Positions 46,393-59,449 of a DNA stretch of 64,000 bases are shown in pieces; position 1 is the stretch's first letter; every line of letters begins with the position of its first letter. The notes beneath the pieces are model-generated. The model worked only from the letters and a program-made list of their open reading frames with translations, was not told the DNA's origin and ran no database searches. The stretch comes from Raillietiella orientalis (lineage: Eukaryota), in contig JAYWIR010000003.1 of NCBI GenBank assembly GCA_036172245.1, positions 3,844,001 to 3,908,000 of the forward strand, given 5' to 3'. The position numbers were made by a program, and so were the translations under genes.

Positions 46393-49300
46393 GTGGTTCC
46401 TCCGCACAAGTACAAATCCAACGGCCGCAACCCGGGATTCCGTGGAATCTTGCGGAAGAGCAGTGGGCGATGTCCTACCTGCTCCCTCCTGCGAAGAGAG
46501 AGCGCTGCTAGGAGTGGAGCGAAACGAGCCGCTCACTCATTGTCCGGGAGCTGCACCCTTACCCGTGCACCACCTTTTGGAACGACTCCCGAAAAGAGCA
46601 CCCGAAGAATGGGACACCAGAAGCCGGAAACCGAGTGCCGGACGCTCCCGAAACTTTGCCTGAAAGCGTTCCCGGTGACGGCGAAGCCGGCTCGCACGTC
46701 TTGGCTTCCCAGTTCCATTCTTCCGCATCCTCGTTTCCCTTTGGCTTTCGTCTCACTTTGCACCGCTGGTTTTCACGCTTTTCCCCAGAGGCACCTCTTG
46801 TGAAACTCCGTAGCATGACCGGACGTTCGCGACCCTTGACGAATGTCTCCGCGAACATTTCCGCTATATCGAAAGCTTCCTGTGGAGTTGTGTGCATTGG
46901 GAGGCTGCTTTCGTGTACACACGGGGATGTGTACGCATGAGCCTTTGTCATGCAAAGTGTGGAAGTTGGCTCGGGACAAAAGAAAGCAAATGAGGAAGTG
47001 CGGAAAGATCGTCCATCCCGCCACCGCTCGAACGGGCAGCAGGGAGGAGTTGGTATTGGAGGAGAAGGAAAGTGGTAAAACCGCCGGGATCACTTCTCAG
47101 CTGTGCGCGTGGCATTTGTTCCTCCCACCCCCCTCTCTCTATCCTTCGGCCTCCGATTGGCCACCAGACGGTTTGTTTACCCACACAAGCACGCTGGAAC
47201 TTTCACCGAGGCGAAATCTCGCTGGCCGCCTGCAGTCTCGGGTGTCTCCACATGCGGAATTTCGCCGTTGTTTGGGTCGCCCAGGATGTCCGCTTCCGCC
47301 TCGTCTCCCGGCGATGCCAGCGGTATTCTCCTCGACGGACTCTTCGTCCCCAGAGGAAACGGCGTTTCTTCCATGGTCTCCCATGTAGAGAGAGGGATGG
47401 CAACTTTCCCCCAAACGGATCTGCTGATCGCTTTTTCGTGGCCGTTTTCACTTTCATTCCATGGAAATCGATCGCCCTTCTTTCGTGATTTTGCAATCGG
47501 CAGCGCCTGTGTCGAACGAGGTACTCAGATGCATACTTCCCCTTCTGGAGTATTCCGGTAAAACCACCTCTCACTGAACGGCACAGCTCTCACCAGTGTC
47601 TCGCCACCTGCCGATCCAGCGCCACGCGGGCGCCATGCTCGCGTGGTAAGCGGCGCTTCCTGTGGGTATCCTGACGCCTTCTTGCTGTTAGAACCTCGGT
47701 TGGGGGACTCGAGAAATGAAGACCCTCTTCTACCCTCGTGGCTCTTCGGCCCCGGAAAGCCGCTTTGCTCCTCGCTGTCCAGGACTCGCATGGAATCCCA
47801 GGAGCTCCTCGCAGGTCTGGCGCGCCCCCCGCACGTGAGAGATACTGCGGGAGTTTCGTTTCCATTGACGGCCCTGAGGTCTGAAGCTCTTGGAGAGGGA
47901 ACGCTGGCCACTTCAGGACGGCGCCACAGATCTGCGCGTGAGCAGGCGTCGCTCCGCTGCCGCAACGAAGGTCCCAACGACGGCGTGCGCCAAGCGACCA
48001 GGTCGGCTGGTCAAAAATGTGACGTCTCCTGGCACCTCGCATCGCCCTCGGAGGAAGCCTCCTTCAGTCTTGGAAGCGGGTCTCCAGGGAAAACGCCTGA
48101 CCGATCCAAAAATGGCTCACCCGCGATGGGCGGCCAAAAAAAAACTGGAACGAATTTCACCAAGGGTGCTTTTCCTCCCGAACAACCGTCCATTTCCATG
48201 AGCGGAGTTTGCGAAGGGGGGAGAGAAACATTCCTGCCGTTGCGTGGTTACGTTTCTCCCTTTCGGAGCGCTCCGATGATGTTCCCTTTCTTCTTCTTCT
48301 TCCTCTTGCTCATCTTCTTTGGTGCAATCAGTCGAACTTTATTTGAAAATATTTATTTGAAAAGTCCTTTAAGGAAACCTTCACACCAATCACGTTGGTT
48401 TCAATATATATGTATATACAGAGAGAGAGGGGGGGGGGGCAACTTTTTCTTCTTTTTTTTTGAGAAAAGAAAAAACATCCTAGCACCAATGACAAAACAA
48501 GATTTTAATCATCCACTCTTTCCTCTCTTTTTTTTTTTTGCGTCTTCTTTTACTTTCTTGCAAAATGACCTGCTTGTCACGGGCACTTGGCGATCGTTCC
48601 TCATCCTTTGGGACCTCAATCTTGTGGGCAATTGCTGCCGATTCCGATCTCGGCCGGTCATCAAGGAGGTGTCCCACCGCACTTTCCATTTCACCCGTAG
48701 AGAGTGCGCGAAGGCAGGCTTCTAGAAAGTCACGTCTTTCCTCAGCTTGTTTCCATGAGCTCTCGCGAGGTCTGTGCTTCACCCTCGCATCATTTCGGGG
48801 GAGGAGGAGAGAATTCCCAACTCGTCCAGAATCTGGACTGGGGACGGGAGAGAAACTGGCACACGCGGTTCTCGGACGGCGCGAGTGTCCTGGAAAGCAA
48901 ACATAGAATCCTCGAAGGAGGGCAGCCAGGAGGACAGCCCCTTTGCTCCGCTTCGCAGATGGCATTCGAGGGAGACTCCCAGCGCGCAGCATAAGCGTGT
49001 GCGTGCGCAGACTGCAGCTCCCGGCTGGAACAAGACTTCCTCCGCCAAGGAAAGTACGAGGAGTGAAAGCGCAGCCTCCCTGGTTCGACATTTCCCCAGA
49101 ATACTTGGCGAGAGTTCCTTCCTCGTGCCAGACGGGTCGAAATTCTTGCCGAGTGACCTTTGGTCACTCTCTCGGGTTTTCTCCTTTCATCGGTATCTTT
49201 AGAATCTTGGCTACTCTTGCCGCGTGACCCCTGACACTTCACGAGACATGATACAAGAAATGACACCCCACAATGACACGAATCGTCATCACCTCACTTA

Positions 49301-49399
49301 GGATCTTCCAGTGCAAAACACTCCTCCTTTCCCTAGATTAGCAAACCTCAACAACAACAACAACTGCAAACACCCACAGAATCACCATCCCTGCACCAT

Positions 49400-50310
49400 T
49401 TCAAATCTCTTCTGGAATCTAGGAACTCTTGTAGGAATTTTCCTCGTTATTTAGTTAATCGCAGGAATCTTTATTTCTGTACTCTGTACTTCTGTCTCTG
49501 AGTCTTATTCATGACTTCTACGCAGCATCCAGTCCCGGCTCTTGTTTTTTTTTTTAGCCACATCTTCGCTCCCTACATTACTACTCCTACAAAAACACCA
49601 CAGCTAAACATCAGGACTCCTCATGCTCCTAACAATGACTTTCTTCTCAGGATACGACATTCCTTGGACAAATCTGTCCCTGATCTGCCACAGTCATCAC
49701 CAACCTATTTTCCGCCGTCTCCTCATCGGCTCGAGACGTCATCTCGTGCCCGTGAGAGGAAAATTTTTCTTTGCCGTTTCTCTCCATTTCATCTCACCAG
49801 TATTCATGACCCTAATTAGCTTATTGAACCCTTTATTCCCTCCACGAAAACCTCTCCAGCCATCCCTCAGAAACCTAAAGAGATCTAGATATGCTACCCT
49901 TCCGACCGTTCTTTATCGTCAAAGATCTAACCAGGCTTTAACCATTCATCACCCTCCTCTCCACATCAACCTTTTCTCCATGCATATTTATATCCGAAGA
50001 TTTTTTATTCTCCATTCCACCCATCGCTCACATCTGTATCCCATTCGAACGGCGCTTCCTTTTCGCCTGTACCGTCCTGCACTCAGAACCCAAGCTAGGA
50101 GGAGACACTGCTCTCCCACTCGGGAGTCCTAATTTCAGCCGTCCTTCCTCACTGCGACCTCATATGTCCTTCCTCAAAAAAGGCCCTTCTTTCATGACTA
50201 ATCATATCTTCCTCGGTTCTTACATGACTGGGGGCCCGCAGTGGCACCTCATCCCTCCAAACTCTCGGATAGATCCCATCTCTTCCTACTTTTCCCATCA
50301 TTTCCACTGT
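49400..50310 (+). mobile_element. Possible decayed LINE APE endonuclease region
   Basis: C/T-rich strand typical of such elements. gctttaaccattcatcaccct resembles (D)FN.HHP, and FPII at ~50290 resembles SDHFPI. Very degenerate. Confidence 0.25.
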
Positions 50311-50637
50311 GACCCCACTTTGCCAGCCTTGACGCTGCATTCAAAACATCGACCGCGTCACCGGAATATCACCTGGCGATTGATCTTTGACGTCATGCAG
50401 ACGATCCGATTTCCGTCTCCACCACCATCCTCTCGAACTATTCGGGACATGGGTCGGCCCGCGGCTACGCTGCTGTCCTCTCCCTTTCCTGTCGGGTGCT
50501 CTTGCGTCAGTCACGATCGTCCCACCCGCATAACGGCGTCATGGGAACTTCGAGACCGATTGGGGAGCCAGAGCTGGCACTCTGGGACGGCTGCTCGCGA
50601 GCCGCGGCGCCGACTCGCTCCCCCCGGAAAGGAAGGT

Positions 50638-50830
50638 CCGCAGAAGCGGTGGAAGTTCATCCGGGACGGTCACAAGGACAAAGGTCACTGAAAATCCCTC
50701 CGCCAGCGTGACGACGAAGCCTCGAAGAGGTCCCGGGAGAAGCGCCGCCTCAATGACCTCATCCTGGAGCCGCGCGTGGTCGACTGCCTGCTGCGGGCGA
50801 GGCTGACGCCGCTTCGAGCGTTGCTGGTCG
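50638..50830 (+). pseudogene. vri: vrille/NFIL3 (E4BP4)-like bZIP pseudogene fragment
   Basis: One frame reads PQKRWKFIRDGHKDKGH*KSLRQRDDEASKRSREKRRLNDLILEPRVVDCLLRARL versus family consensus RKQREFIPDxKKDxxYWxRRRxNNEAAKRSREKRRxNDxVLExR. TGA at 50689-50691 replaces the conserved Trp and the zipper is shortened. Confidence 0.75.
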
Positions 50831-52119
50831 CCTCAGCCAGAGTGATGAGGATGAGGAGCTGGGGCTTCCGTCGCCTCAGCCAGACGCCTCTCGGCTCCTG
50901 GACGTCTGCCGCTCTGGAGATCCGGCACAAGTCCCGAGAGGGGGAAGAACAGAGGTGACGTGCGCGACCTCCTGGCGGAGCTCTCGCGGAGGCTCTCTGT
51001 GGATGCTGCTCTCGGGCACAGGAACACGCGCCTCCGCCCCGCGAGCTGCAACAGCTGACCGCGGAGGTCCCGACTCCGAGACGCCTACCGGGCAGAGCGC
51101 ATCGACGCCCTCGAGCTCACGAACCATTCGGGCGACGGCACGTCGACAGACTCTCGGGCGAAGTCCAGTTCTGGAACTTTCAGTTGTGGTTCGGGGTCCC
51201 GAGCCCTAGGGCGTGAGGGGCACCACGCACCAAGAGGAGCGACGTACCATCCCGCCCTCGCATAGGCGGGAGGCCGCGCATGCGTAGGAATTTCTTTTGC
51301 GCTCCGCTGAGCCCGAGCAGAGCAAAGTTCCTCCATGCGATGTGTCTCTCGGCCGTCCCAGGACATTCCGGTGCCCTCGGAGGACGCGAGACCTCCGAGG
51401 GCACCGGAAGAATCGAGCGATTCTGAAACAGTTTGATGGTCCAGAGATTGCAATCTGCTGACGTCCGAGGAAGGCAATAAATAAAGCAGTGGATTCGCGC
51501 TGACAGCAACGTTCCGGACTTCCGGATTCTCAAGGATCTTTTCGCATATGGTGGCTCCAGCGCTGGAAACCCCTTCTAGGGAAGCAAGAACGCTCCTCTG
51601 GAAAGTTCGCAGCAGACTGCAGCCCTCTAGCCAGTTTTCTTTTCAAGGACTGTTCGTTAGGAATTAGCGAATTTCGACCGAAGGTTAAATTCCGGGCCAA
51701 GATTCCGAGGAGCAGCGCCCGGGGCATCTCGAGGAAGTCCCCTGGACTGCCCCCTTGACCGCAGGCCGAAGGTCGCGTCAGCGCGCTCCCGTATGAGTCA
51801 CGCCTCCCGAGCGACCAGGAGGCTGCCTCCTCCGAGCCCTCGGAGAGCAAAGCAGGGCAAGCTGGGGTAGGTCTGGAACAGCACCGGAAAAACGGATGCC
51901 AGAGTGGAGCCAGCCCTTGCTAGTGAAAGGCGCACCTTGAGAGAAATGGGGGGGGGGGGCTGCGAATCTCCACTAGCGATGGTGCCCGGCTCCGTTTCTC
52001 CTGGTTTCCGACCTGTAGCTCTTCCGCTCCAGGAAGCACGAAGGCGGAGGAGACTGGGAAAGAACCGCCGCCGCCATCCTGGAGGCTGTAACCGCCCGCA
52101 GCTTTGGGATGGCATGTTC

Positions 52120-52310
52120 TAGTGTTCGAGAGGCTGCTACCAGAGCATCCGCCACTGAGACGCTGGTGCCGTTTTGGCACCCCTGACGCTCGTGAACTCT
52201 CCTTTCGTCATTGGCCGGCACGATGGAAAAGATGAAAAGTAAACCGAAAGAGACGGATCTGATAGCGCCATTATCTATGTGATGGGAGAGTATCTAAGAT
52301 TTCCTGAGCC
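52120..52310 (-). repeat. Dispersed repeat; inverted partner of 46200-46392
   Basis: Direct sequence comparison with 46200-46392; the ORF track shows the same MPKRHQRLSG peptide from both copies. Confidence 0.8.
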
Positions 52311-53084
52311 CAGCATCCATGCGCGCTTCTTACGTCCTTCTGCGCGCGGCTCGCCGCACCCACCACCCGCAGCGAAACCCGCGGACTCTCCGAGAGGTCG
52401 TCCCGTCCTCCGCTGGCGATTTGGTGTCCCCGGCAGACACTCCACCCGGAGGACGCCACTCCCGGGGGAGGTTTCCCAGCCTCGTGTCATGGGTGCGGCG
52501 GCAATCCCTGCCATTTCCCCTCGAATGCTCCGCGCACCCCGCGCGCCCGCTCTGGCGCAGCACCCCTTTAGCTCTTTTGCTGATGCATGTCGAAGCCCTT
52601 CGGGTGGAGATGGAGGCTCGCATCTGCGCATGGACTGATCAGACCTCTAGGGACACGCCGGCACGGTTGCATGGGCTCCGTTCCTGGCGGGAAGCAGCTG
52701 TCCAGCTTGGCCTACGAAGGTCGGCGGCGCGTTTAGTCCGGAGGAGGAGGTGGCGCTGGAGAAACGCCACAAAGAGCCACGCAGCAGTTCCCCAGCCTCA
52801 GGGAAGCAACCTTGAAGGTCTCGGGTTCTTCGGCCGTGGGGGAAGGACCACTTCCTGGATCCGGGGAACGAGCGGCGGTCCCAAAAGGTGAGCGAGCTCC
52901 CTGGCACGAGGTCGCGCGGCGGCGACCTCCCTCGTGGCCCGCGGTCGATCCACGGACGACTCCGGGAGCGCACACGCGGCCTGCTTCAGCGAGCGCCAGC
53001 TTTCCTGAGGAAACCAACAGCTGCTAGATGGTTCGATTCATCTTTCTCCCCTACACCCAGCTCCTACGACCGATTTGCACGTTG

Positions 53085-53200
53085 GGGTCGCTGAGGACCT
53101 GCACCAGAGAGTTCCCTCTGGCTCCGTCCTGTCCTCCAGACTCTGGTCCACCATCTTCGGGGTCCCGGTGTACATGCTACAGGTACGTTCCGATGGCGAT
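53085..53200 (+). mobile_element. Small non-LTR RT remnant
   Basis: RVPSGSVLSSRLWSTIF resembles GVPQGSVLxPxLWNI. Confidence 0.35.
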
Positions 53201-56027
53201 CGAGCGTTACGGAACGTTCCGGGAGTGCTCCTTGCTTCGCCCGCGAGGGCGACGAGCGGCTCCTCCTTCCCTGTCTCTCTCCTCGAAGGGGGAGGAAAGT
53301 TGGTGCAGAAGTCCGCTCGCCGGCGGATCTTCCCAGCTGGGCCCGCGATCGGACACCCGCGCCTCGCGCGTCCTCCTCGCGCGCACCGATCTCCATTCCC
53401 CGAGACTGGGGGTTGGAGGGCGAAAAACCGGAAACGAGCGAGGCGGAAAGACCGGCGCACCGTCGACGCACCCGACCGCGGAGGGAGGGGGTGACGAGCG
53501 GGGCGAGCGGAGCCACCAATCACTTTCGTTGCGCCTTCGGGTTTCGCCAGCCTCCCGGCGACTCGCGCGCATTATGGACTCCTGGGTCCGACGCAACCGG
53601 AATCGGAGGAGGGGCCCTTTCCCTCCTGCCGATCACGTGCAGCCATGTGGACCACGCGCGGTTGGAAACCGTCTGGATCCCTCCGGTCCCCGCGGGTGCT
53701 TCGTTGTGGCCACACCGTTCCCGAAAGCGGCTGGCGGAGAGGCGCTCTCGAGGCTCAGCGAGCTGCTGGAGGAATCCTCCTCTGCGGCTCCTTCACCGCC
53801 GCCTCCCTTCGTCGCCGGGCAGGAGATGGAAGGCACGTTGAGGGTTGCGGTCGTGGTCCCAGAAGCGAAGAGGAATGGAACGCGTCTAGGAGACAAGAGA
53901 CCAGCAGCGGACTCCCGGCGCTCGCAAGCGCTCCTGCATCCGTCTGTGCTTCCCCGTGCCCAAAACTCATTCCAAATCCCTACTACAAGGTGAGTATTGG
54001 CGATTATCCCAGGAATATCTGCTATCACAACTTCGCTATCGTGTACTTTTGCCGAAGGCAGTTGATTTCTGACTGGTCCAGATTCTGGTCGCTTTTTGTG
54101 CCAGAAGCCCCCGAAGGCCATTCAGAAGCCCGACTTCCCCCCGGCTTCTATTCCTTCTCCTCTCTCTTGCTGTCTCTAGGGCAAAGCGAGGAGGGGGGAG
54201 GAAAAAAGGAAGAGAAGGAAAGGAAGGGAAGAGCAGAAAGAAGAGGAGGAAAGGAAAAAGAGGAGAAGGAAGGAAGGAAGAGGTTGCAAACATTCTAACG
54301 TTTCTTTCCACTCTGCAAGCCTTTCTTGAGGGGAACACATCTGAGGGAGCGGAGCCCCTCGCGGCCAACTACCAAGGACAGGCGGCGGCAGCCGCCGGTT
54401 TCTGTCCCGTCCTTCTGCTCATATAGGAGGATCGTCTCCAAAGGGAGGGAACACTTGAGCGAAGGTGGGAACATACTCCTACCCTGCCTTGCTCCGCCCC
54501 CCTCCTGCGATCCTGGCTGGGGAGGGGTGAGAAGAGAAATGGAGGTCGGAGGTCTCGGGGGGACACACCTCTTCCCTCTCCAGAAAGAGCTCTGGAGGTG
54601 GAAGCGTGCGTCGAATTCGGCTCAGGAGTCACGAAGGAGCCGCTCCCGCCGCTCTGCCCTCCTCGGGCTGGGAAGGATCTCGTCGGGAAGAGGATGCCGA
54701 AATAACCACAGCAACGGAATGAATCCTCACGGTGTGCCCTCTTACACAGAAGGGGGAAGCGGAGAAAGGGGATGGATGGCGTGGAAGAAAGGAAAAAAGA
54801 AGGAAAAACAAACATCTCAAGGGCTGCTCTCCGTTGGGATCCAGCGCGCAGCCTCCGTCGCTCCTGGGAACTGATCCCAGGAGCCTTCCCTGTACCTTCT
54901 TTCCGGAACTTTGCGCAAGAAGGGAATAAGCCCTTCTCCTTCCTCCTTATCCCCATCGCCCTCCCGCGCGCCGCTCATGCCCAGCGGGCCTGAGAACCTG
55001 GCTAGCTTCGAGGTGTCCCCGACGACAACGCCCTTGTCCTTGCACTCCCTGTAGCACAGCTGTCCCGAAGGGGTCCTCTGGGTACCCGGAGGCCGCGAAT
55101 TCCGCCGAGCAGGAGAGACCGGCTCTCGGGCGGGAGCGGCCGTGCCCTTTGGACAGGATCGAGATAGGGCAGCGAACGGACAAGTGAGGGTTGGCAACCC
55201 CCGCGGGGGAGGCGGTAGGAGGGGTTCCGGAAAGAAGAGACCTTTTTTTCTTCATCTCCGGCTGCTCTGAGGCGACGCTGTGCCCTCGCGACAGGGCATG
55301 CACGTGGGCGGGCGGACAGACAGGAGGCGGGGGAGCTGTGCGTCGTCTCTTCCCGGTGCGGATAGGAGGGGGAAGGAGAAGAGGACGTCCGTTCTCCGCT
55401 GCTCCTGCGCGCTCCTCCAGGACGTCTCCAGGCGACGGAAAGGAAGGAAGGGGGGGGGGAGGATGGGTAAGAGGTGGCAACGACTGTGCGAGCGGAAGAA
55501 CTGGTCCAAGGGGGATCGGAATCCGCGGAGGGAAATCCGCGCGCCGCAGCCTCAGCAGGTGTTCCCCTTTCCGCACGAACAAACGCGGTCACGCCCTCTC
55601 CGGGACCCGGGAGAAATGAACCGCTGACGCCCGCGGGATCGCAGGTGGCGAGCACCGCGGCCTCCGGGGTCAGCGAACACACATCTCGGCCACGGACGAC
55701 GGAGGCAGCGGCGCGGCGCGGGCCCTCGAGGAAGCGCGCGCTCGAGACTTCTCCCTCGTCACCGCCGTCTCCTTGCAGAGCCCCACGGCAGCGCCTCCCT
55801 GGGAGGCGGAGAGAAGGAGAAAAAAGAGAGAAAAAAAAAAAGCGGAAAAGAAACAAAAGCGAGGAAAAGAAGCGAAAGATCCACTTTCACCTGCGAGAGG
55901 ACGCAGATAGGTCCGCAGCCGCTGCCTCCTCTCTCCGACACCAGCCGTCCGCCCGCCGCCAGTCCTCTTTCGCCAGTCCCCGTGCATCGCCGCCGTGCTC
56001 CCGTCCTAGTCCGCCTCTCCTCTGACC

Positions 56028-59000
56028 ATGATGCTCCCTTGGGGGATGCTGTGCTACGCCCTCGTCGAGCTCCACAACCTCCTGGACCGGACGCAAGTAG
56101 TCGAGACTTCTCTCGGACGCATTCAAGGGAGTGTCCTGCACGACTGCGAGGGCAAGAAGGTCTTCTCCTTTAGAGGAATCCCGTACGCCAAGTCCCCCGT
56201 CAGGCATCGGAGATTCCAGGTACTGTGGCCAATCCATTAGCGCGCTCTCCTCCACTTTAATTCCTTCTCCCTTTTTCCTCCTGCTCCTGCCCCTGTTCCT
56301 CTTCCATTCCATCTCCTTCTCTTCTTCCTCTTTTCCTCCTTCTTTTCCCTCTCTTCCACCTGCTCCTCTTCTTCTCTCTCCCTCTTCCTCCTTTTCCTAC
56401 CTCCTGTTCTCCTCTCCATTCTTCCTCCTACTCTCCTCTCTTTTTCCTATTCTTTCCCCTCCCACTCCCTCCTCCATTCCTTCTCCTTCATTTCTCCCCC
56501 TCGTCCTCTTCTTCCTCCTCTTTTTTTTTCTCCTTCTTCCTCCTTTTTCCTTCTTCTTCCTTCTCCTCCTCTCCCTTTCCTCTTTCTTCCCCTCGCGGGA
56601 GGACGGAGACGGACGAAAGCTCTTGCGAGTCGGCAGAGTGCTCGGTCCTCTCTATCCCTCACCGCAACCTGGGGCTAGGAGCATTCCGCCCCTGACTGCT
56701 CGACTCTTCCTCCCGGGATCGCTCGCGAGGGAGGGGTCGGAGGAGGCGATCCAGCAAAGTGGCTACCTCGGTCTCGAACGTCAGCCTGCGGCGAGGTCGC
56801 CGGCGCACGCGACCGCGAACAGACTTCCCTGACCTTCTTCCCGTCCTCCCTTACCCCGCCTCCCCAAAGCCGCCCTCCGGAGCGCAACCAGCGTGTGCAA
56901 AGGAGGGGGGGGGAATAAGTCGTCATCCTCACTCCCGGTTACCCTTAGGGAACCCACCTTCTCTGCAGCAACGACTCTTCCTCCCGTACCTCCACTCCGT
57001 GCCTTTCCAGCCTCCAGAACCGGTGGAGCCGTGGACCGGGATCCTGGACGCCACAAAGGAGTCGCCCGAGTGCATCCAGAGGGACGCCATAGGGCGGATC
57101 AAGGGAACCGAGGACTGCCTATTCCTCAACGTGTACACCCCGTCCGTAAGAGTGGAGCGGTGCTTTGAAAAGGCACGAGGGCGGGCCTCTTGTAGCCCCC
57201 CAGGGAGCTGGTCCGGGATAAGCGGCTCTTGCCTGTGATGGTCTTCATCCACGGAGGGGCGTTCCTTAGCGGCAGTTCCTCGTCCGTGGTGTACTACCCT
57301 CTGTACCTCGTGAGCAAAGGGGTGATCCTGGTCACCATCAACTACCGGATCGGAGCGATGGGTCTGTTGGCAGGGGGGTCCCTACGCTGCCTCAGCAAAG
57401 CCCCCTTTCCCTCCTTCCCCAGGGTTTCTCAGCACGGAGGACGGCGGCTGCCCGGGGAACAACGGACTGAGGGACATCATCACGGCGCTGAAATGGGTCC
57501 GGGAGAACATCGGGCACTTCGGGGGCAACAGGAGCAGCGTCACCCTCTTCGGCGAGAGCGCCGGGGGCACCAGCGTGCACCTTCTGATGCTGTCGCCCGC
57601 GAGCCAAGGTAAGAAGAAGAGAGGGGGAGGACGCAGGTGGCGGTGGAGGAGGCCAATGGGAAGGACGGGGAGTAGGGATCAAACGAGAAAAAAAAATAGA
57701 GAGAGAGAAAAATGATGGGATGACTTCCGAGGGATCCAGGACTGTTCCAGAGAGCCATCTCCCAGAGCGGGAGCGTGATGAGCAGAGCTCTGACCTACTC
57801 GCGCGGGATCCGCCAACGCACCTGGGACCTCTCCAGATCCCTTAACTGCTCCGTGGACTCGACCGAGGTCATCCTCTCCTGCCTCCGGAAGAAGAGCGCC
57901 CTGCAGATTCTCAAGAGGACCGAGGACCTACATGTGAGTGGCCGCAGCCTCCGCTCGCGCATCCCCCCAAGTGGGAGAGAACCTGATCCCACCCCCCCGG
58001 AAGCAATGGGCTACCTTCCCGTACCCATTCACCCCGAGGGTCGACAGGGAAGCGGAGCAACCCGTCCTCCCTGAGGAACCCATAGACATGCTGCTGCAAG
58101 GAAAGTACGTTAGGATCCCCTGGATCAGTGGCGTCAACGAGAACGAGGGCTACTTCTGGACGTCCACCCGTGAGTATCCAAGGGCTCATGCCCCCTCTTC
58201 CTCTCCCCACCCCCTCCTGCCTCTCCGGCACTGCTGGACTACAGTGCCTAAGGACTTCAAGTCTCTGATGAAGGAGGGCAAGAAGGGAATGCTGAGGTTC
58301 TGCAGCAGCGTGCTGGGGGCCGGCTCCGCGAAGGACTGCTACAGGATGATGCGTCTCTACAGTCGCAAGGCCAACTCCAGCCTCCTGATGATGGAGGAGG
58401 TGAGGGCAAGCGTCTCTCCCCTCCCCCTTCCTCTCTCCCGCACACCCGCCGCCGCTTTCCAGTTCATGGGGGACTCCTTCATGCTGGCGCCGCAGAGGTA
58501 CACCCAGAACATGCAGTCGCTCTTCTCTCCCGTGTACGCCTATCTCTTCTCCTGCCTGGGCAACCACTCGCTGGCGGTCATCCTAGGGTATGAGAAGGAG
58601 CCTCGAGGTAACGCCTCCGCCACGTGACCCTTCCTCCTCCCCCTTCCTTCCCTCTCCCGCAGCCGTGGGCCACGGAGACGACATCCTGTACCTGTTCGGC
58701 CCCAACTACATCTTCGCGCCCATCAAGAAGGGAGATAAGGACTTCCTATGCATGGAGTACATGACGGAGCTGTGGACCAGCTTTGCCAAGACTGGGTAGG
58801 GGCGCGCACCTCCCCGGGCCCCGCCGGTCACCCTTCTCCCTCTTCCTCCTCCCCAGACGGCCGCACTACGGGAACGCGTCCTTCCACTGGCCTCCCTTCA
58901 CGATCCGCGACCCCATCTACCTGCGGATAGCGCACGACGTCTCCCTGGTCCGGGACTACAAGACGACCGAGGCAGAGATGTGGAAGGACTTTTACCGGTG

Positions 59001-59040
59001 GCCCAGCATGCAGGCGGTCCCGCGAAGGCTCCTCCCCTGA
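56028..59040 (+). CDS. Type-B carboxylesterase, paralog 2, 10 exons, ~551 aa
   Basis: Exons 56028-56219, 57011-57145, 57196-57361, 57423-57608, 57740-57933, 58004-58169, 58245-58399, 58463-58607, 58663-58795, 58857-59040 join in frame. Motifs [50 protein letters not shown] at ~59412. Confidence 0.93.
56260..56592. repeat. Polypyrimidine low-complexity tract in carboxylesterase 2 intron 1
   Basis: Almost exclusively C/T for ~330 nt. Confidence 0.85.
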
Positions 59041-59449
59041 TCCCTAGAAGCCGGAGAAGGGTGCTGCTCTGCAGTCCGTGTTTACGACGGTCCGGCGCGC
59101 TCGAGTCCCGCCCCTCCGATCCCCCTTCCTCCTCCCTCCGTCCATTCCTCACTCGCCCTCCTCCTCCTCGCCCTCCGGACGGCCACGCAGGGGCACCTGA
59201 CGCCGGAGGCGAGGTTATCTCTCTCCTTACCTGCCTGCATTTTCCACCAGCGCACGAGCTCTTCCCAACGGCAGACCGCAGGGGAAGAACGAGGGAAAGG
59301 ACTCTGAGACCGGAAACGCCCTCCTCGAGAGCGGACGGAAGGAAGTGCACCTCCTCCTTCCGCTTCTCCCGCAGCGCGGCGGGGGGCACGAGCGCTGCGA
59401 GAAGGGTGCCAAATAAAAACTTGAGAGATGCGTGCCTAATTCGGAGGCT

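Noticed and set aside
45242..48725. Long ORFs 45242-46339 (-) and 47643-48725 (+)
   Set aside because: They run through homopolymer tracts and repeats in GC-rich DNA and show no recognisable domain.
53940..54120. Protein-like segment PKLIPNPYYK|VSIGDYPRNICYHNF with a gtgagt donor
   Set aside because: No recognisable family and no partner exon could be identified.
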